Virus record (IMG/VR): IMGVR_UViG_3300020059_000006
Coordinates: 1-35,700 of that record
From: a virus
Taxonomy: Duplodnaviria > Caudoviricetes
DNA: 35,700 nt
Strand: one strand, 5' to 3'
Under the pieces are notes generated by a model, which did no database searches, was not told the origin of the DNA, and saw nothing but the letters and a program-made list of their open reading frames with translations. Of the stretch, positions 8,948 through 15,281 are shown one piece after another. Made by a program: the position numbers and the translations under genes. How positions within the stretch are numbered: position 1 is the stretch's first letter; each line of letters starts with the position of its first letter.

Positions 8948-9210
8948 TCGATGATCTCGAATCCGGCAGCCTGCAACGCGCACCGCAGGGCGAACTCCGA
9001 CTGAGACATGCCGTCCGGGATTTCCCACCCGCCGTACATGTGCGCGAACGTGGCCATCAACCTGTCGGTGATCTCCACCTGAGTGGCCGCGGCCACCGCC
9101 GTGCGCAGGGCGTTCGCAACCGGGTCACCGGCAGTCTCAAGCGATTCCAGGGCGATCCGCTTCGCGAAGTCCCGCCGCCCGGAGCACCCCTCCAACCCGT
9201 CCAGGCTCAC
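8944..9210 (-). CDS. Hypothetical protein
   Basis: GTGA/ATGA overlaps with both neighbours. Confidence 0.55.
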   Translation of the reverse strand: MSLDGLEGCSGRRDFAKRIALESLETAGDPVANALRTAVAAATQVEITDRLMATFAHMYGGWEIPDGMSQSEFALRCALQAAGFEIIE

Positions 9211-9446
9211 GGCACACGCACCGTCGGCTGCGGGTACGGCGACGGCCGCGACCCCGGGTCCGGCACCTGCGACCACGACGGGAACGGCGACACCGCGGGC
9301 GGGCCGGTCGTGAACGACCGGGCCAGACCGACAACGCAGCCGAGGAGCGCGGCTAGGATCACAGCGACCGTCCAGAACACGACCCGGTTCGGGCCGGGCG
9401 GCGGGTAGTTGTGGGTGCTGACCGGCTGGTTCGGGTCGTAGGTCAC
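9207..9446 (-). CDS. Single-TM membrane protein, Pro-rich
   Basis: VVFWTVAVILAALLGCVVGLA hydrophobic helix; coupled start and stop. Confidence 0.65.
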   Translation of the reverse strand: MTYDPNQPVSTHNYPPPGPNRVVFWTVAVILAALLGCVVGLARSFTTGPPAVSPFPSWSQVPDPGSRPSPYPQPTVRVP

Positions 9447-9709
9447 CGATCCCACCCTTTCGTGATCCGCTTTTCGAGGTCCTTCGCGTACGTGTCCAGC
9501 CCGATCTCTCGGGCCGCGTCGGCGACCATCCGCCGGATGTCGCCCGGGCCGAACTGCTCCCAGCACGGGTCCATCTCGCCGCGGTGGCCCATCCCTTCGT
9601 GGTTGTCCCGGGCACCGGCGATCCAGCCATCAAGCGAGTCGAGGACAGCGTTCAACGCCACGACCACGGCGGCAGTCATCGGGTTTCCCGCCTCGGTATG
9701 GCGGGTCAT
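9443..9709 (-). CDS. Hypothetical protein
   Basis: ATGA overlap with the upstream gene. Confidence 0.65.
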   Translation of the reverse strand: MTRHTEAGNPMTAAVVVALNAVLDSLDGWIAGARDNHEGMGHRGEMDPCWEQFGPGDIRRMVADAAREIGLDTYAKDLEKRITKGWDR

Positions 9710-10353
9710 GACGGCTTCACCGCGGCCGACCCCGGCGCCCGATACATGCGCGCGTGCGGCATGCCGTCTTTCCCGTCGGCGGCCAGATGACCGTCGTACA
9801 GCTTGCACCCCTCCTCCGGCAGATCCCCCTTGGCCGGGAACCGGAACCCGCACGCCGGATATCTGGCTTGCCAGATCGCCGACAGGCCACCGCCGGGCGC
9901 CACCCACCTGACCTCGAACGTCCGGTGGTAGCTGTGCTCAGGCTTCACACCGAGCTTCGCCGCGATCGCCTCCAGGCCCTCCTTGTCGAGGACCGCGGAA
10001 GACAAGTCGAAACGGTGGTTCAGGTCGACCTGAACGCCGGTCTTCGCGATCACGTCCGCGAGCGCACGCAGCCCGTTGACGTACCGGGTACGGGCGAGAT
10101 GCGCCTGCGCGTCGTCGACCTGGTCGGCGGTAGCCAACTCGACCTGCCTGTCCGCGTGGAGCGTCAACGACACAAACCCGGCGGACGTATCCGTCACGAT
10201 GGTGACCGTGCCCTTAACGTCGACCTCGGACGCGAACATCATCCGGACGAGCGTGCCGGGAATGTCGACGTCGTGGATCCACTCGCCGATGTGCTTGTGG
10301 AGCTCGGACGCCGGGACAAACTCGCCGGTGTCGGGTACCTTTTCATCAGGCAT
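9706..10353 (-). CDS. Hypothetical early protein
   Basis: GAAAGGTG RBS upstream of MPDEKV; C..C..H..H cluster at the C-terminus. Confidence 0.65.
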   Translation of the reverse strand: MPDEKVPDTGEFVPASELHKHIGEWIHDVDIPGTLVRMMFASEVDVKGTVTIVTDTSAGFVSLTLHADRQVELATADQVDDAQAHLARTRYVNGLRALADVIAKTGVQVDLNHRFDLSSAVLDKEGLEAIAAKLGVKPEHSYHRTFEVRWVAPGGGLSAIWQARYPACGFRFPAKGDLPEEGCKLYDGHLAADGKDGMPHARMYRAPGSAAVKPS

Positions 10354-10449
10354 TTTGAGTGCCTCACCTTTCTTTGCTGTGTCGGGTTGAGTGGTTGAGG
10401 GGAAAGGGATCGGTCGCACCTATGGCGTGGGTGCGGCCGGTTTCTTGTC

Positions 10450-10710
10450 TCAGGCGGCAGGCATCACCCGCGGCCACGGCTCCCCGTCCACCAGATGACC
10501 CGGGGTGATCCCGATCAGGTCGGCCAACAGGACCAGGTCGGCGCCGTCGAAGGGCACCTCTCCGTTCAGCCGGCGGCTCATCGCGGGTTGGGTCATGCCG
10601 ATCTGAGCCGCCGCTGCGCGCTCTTTGATGTTCTTCCACGCAAGGGCGGAACGGACGTTAGCGGCGATGTTCAACACCGCTGCGTCTCTCTTCGTGCTCG
10701 GTTCCGTCAT
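10450..10710 (-). CDS. XRE-family HTH regulator (Cro-like/BetR-like)
   Basis: IAANVR..A.QIGMTQPAMSRRLNGEVPF...DL..LA..G; first gene of the leftward early operon. Confidence 0.85.
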   Translation of the reverse strand: MTEPSTKRDAAVLNIAANVRSALAWKNIKERAAAAQIGMTQPAMSRRLNGEVPFDGADLVLLADLIGITPGHLVDGEPWPRVMPAA

Positions 10711-10718
10711 GGGTTGCA

Positions 10719-10748
10719 ACGGTAGGGCTATCCGCTCAGCGGCGTCAA
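10719..10748 (-). promoter_or_regulatory. Leftward SigA-type promoter (near-leaderless) with an operator in the spacer
   Basis: TTGACG-18 nt-TACCGT, 8 nt before the ATG at 10710; spacer holds TATCCGCTCAGCGG (10729-10742). Confidence 0.7.
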
Positions 10749-10783
10749 GCGCCACGGATGACGGAAAATGGGTCGGGCGTGGA

Positions 10784-10812
10784 TTGACAGTATCCGCTAG
10801 GCGGTTTACCGT
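10784..10812 (+). promoter_or_regulatory. Rightward SigA-type leaderless promoter with an operator in the spacer
   Basis: TTGACA-17 nt-TACCGT, 6 nt before the ATG at 10819; spacer holds TATCCGCTAGGCGG (10791-10804). Confidence 0.75.
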
Positions 10813-10818
10813 GATGGC

Positions 10819-11067
10819 ATGACGACGAACAGCAAACCCCACGCGGCGGTTGCTCCGCAGCTACACCCCGCCGTCGGAGTGGACCGGGTGACCGGCTTTC
10901 CCGTGTGCGAGCACGGCGACGACACAGACGCGTGCCAACTCGCGGCCAGCGCCCGGCCGGTCGACTTCGCCGGGTACAAGCGCGTGCACCGTAGCTCCGA
11001 TTTTGGTGTGTGCCCTCAGTGCGGTGGACGGCGCGGCGCGCACACCTACACGTGTGAGAGCGAGTAG
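10819..11067 (+). CDS. Small Cys/His-rich (zinc-finger-like) protein
   Basis: CEH..C and CPQCGG..H...C; directly downstream of a consensus promoter. Confidence 0.65.
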   Translation: MTTNSKPHAAVAPQLHPAVGVDRVTGFPVCEHGDDTDACQLAASARPVDFAGYKRVHRSSDFGVCPQCGGRRGAHTYTCESE

Positions 11068-11070
11068 ACG

Positions 11071-11283
11071 ATGGACCCCATCACCATCGGCCTGACCCTC
11101 GACGCCCTCGCCGCGCTCGCCTTCGTCGCACTCTTTGCCCTGTTCCGCGGACCCGAAACCGGCCCCGGCACCCACCGGTGGAAGCCGAAACACGCCGCAC
11201 CCCGCAAGCCCACTACCCGGACCGCGGACCCCGACGCCACCGTCATCATCCCCGCCCTGACTGCCTGGCCGGCCTGGCGCTAG
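11071..11283 (+). CDS. Small membrane-anchored protein
   Basis: N-terminal hydrophobic helix and basic tail; starts 3 nt after the upstream stop. Confidence 0.65.
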   Translation: MDPITIGLTLDALAALAFVALFALFRGPETGPGTHRWKPKHAAPRKPTTRTADPDATVIIPALTAWPAWR

Positions 11284-11291
11284 ACACAGAA

Positions 11292-11363
11292 CGGCCCTCG
11301 AGCCCCACGGGGGTGAAGGCTCGAGGGCCGATCCCGACCAGGCCGCAACACTGCGACCCGGCC
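11292..11363. terminator. Two stem-loops between convergent operons
   Basis: Perfect 13-bp inverted repeat CGGCCCTCGAGCC/GGCTCGAGGGCCG (11292-11330) with a U-rich tail on the minus strand; second hairpin at 11336-11363. Confidence 0.75.
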
Positions 11364-11383
11364 TTACTCCCCCACAGAGGCGA

Positions 11384-12109
11384 TCAGGAATACGAGATGT
11401 TCAAGTCCGCGACCACCAGATCGGTCACCGCGCTCGCGCCCTGCGTGAAACGGACCTTGATGTCCGTCAACGCCGACAGGCGCAAACCCGGACCCTCGAT
11501 GAGGTCGCGGACCTTCTTCGTCGGAACCGCGGGCGCCGACAGCTGGCGCAGCACCCGCCACCCCTGGTTCGTGCCCGTCGGCCGGGCCAACAGCTCGGCG
11601 ATACCCTCGGCCGCAGCGGTCGCCGGGTTGCTGTAGTTCTGCACCGCCCACGACGTCAGCCGGGCCGTCTTACCCGCCGGCACCGTGAACACCGCGTTCA
11701 TGCTCATCCCCCGGCCGGCCTTGATGACCGCGAACACGTTCGCCGTGGTCGTGTTGTGCTTCACGGTGATCGCACCCGCGTTCGTCGCACCCGACCCAGC
11801 GGCCACAATGTACGCCCGGACGACCCGCAGCCACGTCGACGTCGTCACGACCGGGGTGGTGCCGTTCAGGGTGATGACTTCCTCCGTCCAGTCGCCGGTG
11901 GCGTTGAGACCCTCGACGCGGACGGTCCGGGCACCGGTGCCCGCCGACGTGTCGCTCGCCGAACCAGACACCACGTTGAGTGCCTCAGCGGCCTGCGTCG
12001 GGATGACCGGCTGACCCGGGTAGGTGGCGGCGCTGCCCTCGGCGACGTCTTCGGTGGAGCTTGCGGCCACCGCCTCGTTGATGCCCTGCACGTTGATTAC
12101 GGTGCTCAC
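11384..12109 (-). CDS. Beta-rich phage protein (SASDT..GTGARTV..GL family), possibly virion-associated
   Basis: SGSASDTSAGTGARTVRVEGLN...EEVITLNGTTPV motif seen in diverse tailed phages; GGAAGGA RBS and GTG start. Confidence 0.6.
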   Translation of the reverse strand: MSTVINVQGINEAVAASSTEDVAEGSAATYPGQPVIPTQAAEALNVVSGSASDTSAGTGARTVRVEGLNATGDWTEEVITLNGTTPVVTTSTWLRVVRAYIVAAGSGATNAGAITVKHNTTTANVFAVIKAGRGMSMNAVFTVPAGKTARLTSWAVQNYSNPATAAAEGIAELLARPTGTNQGWRVLRQLSAPAVPTKKVRDLIEGPGLRLSALTDIKVRFTQGASAVTDLVVADLNISYS

Positions 12110-12125
12110 GCTGTGTTCCTTCCGC

Positions 12126-12497
12126 TTACCGAGGAACAGAAGCCCCGGATACGATCTCGCCCTGAATGACCTTGCCGTAAGCGTTGGTCGGGTCAACCTG
12201 CGGGCGCACACCGAAGAACGCGAACGTGCCCATGATAAGGGCACCGATAGAGCCGACCGCGAGGTCGGACAGGTGGAACCCGAACTCGGCGAGCAACGCA
12301 GCGAGCGCAGCGAACGCACCCACGTACAGCGCCGGCGCGATCGGGCGCGTGAACACGGCCATCGCGCTAGCCGCGACCAGTGCTGTGCCTGCGGTCGCAA
12401 CCCCCGCCGTGATGTACGGGACGTGCGTTGCTGCGGCCACGGCAAGCAACGACCCGAACAGGCCGATCCACGCCGCTGGTTCCCTCGAGATCTTCAC
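12126..12497 (-). CDS. Holin-like multi-TM protein
   Basis: REPA.W motif, 4 hydrophobic segments, C-terminal RPQV.P; within the lysis cassette. Confidence 0.7.
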   Translation of the reverse strand: MKISREPAAWIGLFGSLLAVAAATHVPYITAGVATAGTALVAASAMAVFTRPIAPALYVGAFAALAALLAEFGFHLSDLAVGSIGALIMGTFAFFGVRPQVDPTNAYGKVIQGEIVSGASVPR

Positions 12498-12514
12498 ACC
12501 CTTACCCCTTTCCC

Positions 12515-12832
12515 CTAACGGACCGGCTGGCATTGGACCAGCCGGTACACGGCCAACCACGCCTTATACGAGGCCTTCCCAGCGTCGGACTTGGCGTCGT
12601 CGAGCGCGTTCATCTGTGACTGGAACAGCTCGCAGTACAGGCCCCGGTTCGCCTGTTCAGCGGCGACCTTGTCTGCCTCGTACTTCGCGAGTAGCCGGGA
12701 GGCGTTGTTGTTCGAAATCGTCACCCCGCCCCACAAGGTGAGCAGGCATAGAGCGAGGACCGTCACGATAGTCACCCCGACCGTGTACGCCGGTACGGTC
12801 ACCATCTTCCGGGGCCGGTCCCGGTGGGTCAC
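12515..12832 (-). CDS. Single-TM membrane protein (lysis cassette)
   Basis: N-terminal TM helix followed by a coiled segment with two Cys. Confidence 0.6.
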   Translation of the reverse strand: MTHRDRPRKMVTVPAYTVGVTIVTVLALCLLTLWGGVTISNNNASRLLAKYEADKVAAEQANRGLYCELFQSQMNALDDAKSDAGKASYKAWLAVYRLVQCQPVR

Positions 12833-12853
12833 CCGGTCACCTGCCGGACGCGA

Positions 12854-13132
12854 TCACGAAGATGCCGACTGCGGTGAAACCTCCGCCGGAGAGGACGACG
12901 ACGGCCCCGACGTACCAGCGCGGGACCTTATAGCGTCCGCCAGCGACTGCAACCCGACTAGCGCTAGCGGTCCACCAAGCAGAGACCCGGCGAAGGTAAG
13001 CACCGAATCGCGCGGTGCGACGTGACTGGCGACCTCCCACACGGCGATCCCGGCTCCCAGGACGAACAGCCCGATATCCCGCAGGAGTAGCCACCACGGC
13101 GGCAACACTCGCGAACCGTCCTGTGCGCTCAC
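12854..13132 (-). CDS. 2-TM membrane protein (holin-like)
   Basis: LLRDIGLFVLGAGIAVWE and LTFAGSLLGGP segments; follows the endolysin. Confidence 0.6.
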   Translation of the reverse strand: MSAQDGSRVLPPWWLLLRDIGLFVLGAGIAVWEVASHVAPRDSVLTFAGSLLGGPLALVGLQSLADAIRSRAGTSGPSSSSPAEVSPQSASS

Positions 13133-13175
13133 TCATCGGCCCTACCGTCTCCCTGCCCTGGGTGTCTCATGGTGG

Positions 13176-13835
13176 TCAGGCTAACTTGCCGGTGTTGACG
13201 GCCGCGGCGACCTGCTTGCGGACGCCGGTGGCGACACCGGACTTGTCGTTGTTCAGGTCCTTGCCGAGCTCGTCCATGATCCCTTTACCGGGGGCCACCT
13301 TCAGCCGGGCCGCGACCTTGTCGGCGATGCGGTCCATCGTTGCCTCATCCACGTCGTCGTTCTCCTCTGCTGCGAGTAGCCCCCACGGCCGTGTGTCGGC
13401 TTCCGGGTTGCCTTTCTGGCCCGACCCGAACAGGGCCGAGAAATGGGCGTGTTTGTCGTGCTGGTTCGCGCCGAAGTAGTCCTGCTGTTTCCAGCCGTAC
13501 GCCCGCGCCCAAATACGGCCGTCGTAGATCACATAGTTCAGGCGCCAGTCCACGCCCCGGCGGTGCCGGTCCACGATGATGTGCACGGCCCGTTCCATGG
13601 ACCAGCCGGGCTTGTTCAGGTCTTTGTCCACGTCGATGGCGTGGACCTCGGGGATGGTGTCCGCGTCGGAGCCTTCGGTGGCGACACCCCGCGTGTCGTC
13701 CGGGTTGTGTCCGGACGCTTCCTTCTGGTGGGCGGCGTCGCCGATCCAACCGTCGGACTCTGTGTCGCGGTCGGGGGCGAGCTCGTTGAACTCTCCGCGC
13801 AACGCGACCAGGCAGGGCACCAAGGCGACGGCCAT
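13176..13835 (-). CDS. Endolysin, probable Zn-peptidase (M15/DD-peptidase fold)
   Basis: RD..SDG.IGD.AH..S.HNPD, HAIDVD, YVIY.GRIW, Y.G.N.H.KH.HFS; located after the tail genes. Confidence 0.8.
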   Translation of the reverse strand: MAVALVPCLVALRGEFNELAPDRDTESDGWIGDAAHQKEASGHNPDDTRGVATEGSDADTIPEVHAIDVDKDLNKPGWSMERAVHIIVDRHRRGVDWRLNYVIYDGRIWARAYGWKQQDYFGANQHDKHAHFSALFGSGQKGNPEADTRPWGLLAAEENDDVDEATMDRIADKVAARLKVAPGKGIMDELGKDLNNDKSGVATGVRKQVAAAVNTGKLA

Positions 13836-14032
13836 TACTGCTCCTCTCCGTCCGGCGGTGCCGCGTTGCTCTCCCCGGCCGGCGGCGAGTCGTCGGGCGG
13901 CGGGGTCGGGGTCGGTGGCACGTACACGGGCGGGTCGCGTGGCGGCGGCGGTTCCTGCGGTTCGTCGGTCATACCCGACAGGGTAAGCCGTGGGGCGGGC
14001 CGGTCAGCCGTTAAGCAGTAGTGCCACGTCAA
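13835..14032 (-). CDS. Small Pro/acidic hypothetical protein (true start possibly 13972)
   Basis: Stop overlaps the endolysin start (TAATG) and GGAGAGGAG serves as its RBS. Confidence 0.45.
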   Translation of the reverse strand: MTWHYCLTADRPAPRLTLSGMTDEPQEPPPPRDPPVYVPPTPTPPPDDSPPAGESNAAPPDGEEQ

Positions 14033-14330
14033 CGCATGTGTCGTCGAGCTTCTGCCGGGTCGTCTCCGACCATTCGCCGGTCGACGGGCACACGATCCAC
14101 GTCCCGGACGGCTCGGTGCCCTCGATCGGGCCGGACCCTTCGTCGTTGCCGTCGTAGTGGATCGTCAGGACGCCATCCGCCTGCGAGCACTCGGGGTCGT
14201 ACCGGGTGAGCTCGTCGTCGACCACCGGCGGCCCGAAGACCGGCTTGAGCGAGGCCTCGACCTCGGAGGCGTTCGTGCCGTCGTACAAAACTGCGGTGAA
14301 CACGCCAGGGATGAACTGCTTCGTCGTCAT
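14004..14330 (-). CDS. Hypothetical acidic protein
   Basis: 108-aa ORF in the late operon. Confidence 0.6.
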   Translation of the reverse strand: MTTKQFIPGVFTAVLYDGTNASEVEASLKPVFGPPVVDDELTRYDPECSQADGVLTIHYDGNDEGSGPIEGTEPSGTWIVCPSTGEWSETTRQKLDDTCVDVALLLNG

Positions 14331-14340
14331 GGGGGACAGG

Positions 14341-14802
14341 CTACGTGGCCGTCTCGTAGCGCAGCTGGAACGCTATGAAATCCGCAGGCGGGCCGGGAGT
14401 CCACGGGAACGGCGACGTGTTGAACACCTCAACGTGCGTGCTGGCCTCCTTGAACGTCACCAGCGACGCCCCGGACAGGCACACACAGAGCCCGTTGAAA
14501 TGCCCCACCGACGTGGCCGAAGCATCTCGCAGGTACGCCTTCCCGACCCACGGCCCGCCCGCCGCTGCAGCGAACGGCAGCGACATCGTGAACAGGCCAC
14601 CCGCCCCGCCGTTCGCGCCCGCACCGAAGATCAGATAGCCAGCCACCCGGCACACCCGGCCCACCTTCGAATACAGGCCCGTGATGGCACCCGAACCGAT
14701 CGACGCAGCTCCGCCCGACGTGGTGAACACAGGCGTGTACGTCGTCCACGCAGCCAGCGGCACCGCAGCGTCTACCGACGAGACGGGATCCCCGGCCGGC
14801 AT
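14341..14802 (-). CDS. Minor tail / receptor-binding-head-like protein, paralog 2
   Basis: WTTYTP..G.G...G.Y.KVGR....SLPF..YET pattern; ATG overlaps the upstream TGA. Confidence 0.7.
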   Translation of the reverse strand: MPAGDPVSSVDAAVPLAAWTTYTPVFTTSGGAASIGSGAITGLYSKVGRVCRVAGYLIFGAGANGGAGGLFTMSLPFAAAAGGPWVGKAYLRDASATSVGHFNGLCVCLSGASLVTFKEASTHVEVFNTSPFPWTPGPPADFIAFQLRYETAT

Positions 14803-15272
14803 CAGGCGGTCTCGTATTCGATCTCGGCAACCACCAGGTCGCCGGCCGCTACGCCACCAGTGAATACGGTCGACGGCTGACACTGCAAATGCCCTGACGC
14901 CTCGAAGATCGTGAACGTGCCCGCACCCTGATCCAACGCGGTGATCCCGTTGAAATGCCCAGTCGACCCAACCGACGAATCTTTTAGATAAGCCGAGCCG
15001 ATCCACTTGATGTTCGCGATCGCCGCCGCGGTGAACGGGAGTGAAAAGTTCCACCCACCCGTCGAGCCGCCGGAAATCCCGGTGCCGTTGAACGTAGCGA
15101 TCACCACCGCCATACAGGTGCGGCCAGTCTTCTTGTACCGGCCCACCAGCGACCCCGTCGTACCCACCGACGGTGTGCCCGTCGTCGTCGTCCACACCGG
15201 CGTGTAGTCGGTCCACCCATCGAGCACCTGATCCGTGTCCGACGCGTAGACGATGTCACCAGCGGCCACCAC
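14802..15272 (-). CDS. Minor tail / receptor-binding-head-like protein, paralog 1
   Basis: WTDYTP..GRYKKTGR..FSLPF..GHFNG..YETA. Confidence 0.7.
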   Translation of the reverse strand: MVAAGDIVYASDTDQVLDGWTDYTPVWTTTTGTPSVGTTGSLVGRYKKTGRTCMAVVIATFNGTGISGGSTGGWNFSLPFTAAAIANIKWIGSAYLKDSSVGSTGHFNGITALDQGAGTFTIFEASGHLQCQPSTVFTGGVAAGDLVVAEIEYETA

Positions 15273-15281
15273 ACACCCCCA

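Noticed and set aside
14341-15272. Diversity-generating retroelement or invertible tail-fibre cassette
   Set aside because: No reverse transcriptase or invertase, same orientation, and the paralogs are too diverged for a TR/VR pair.
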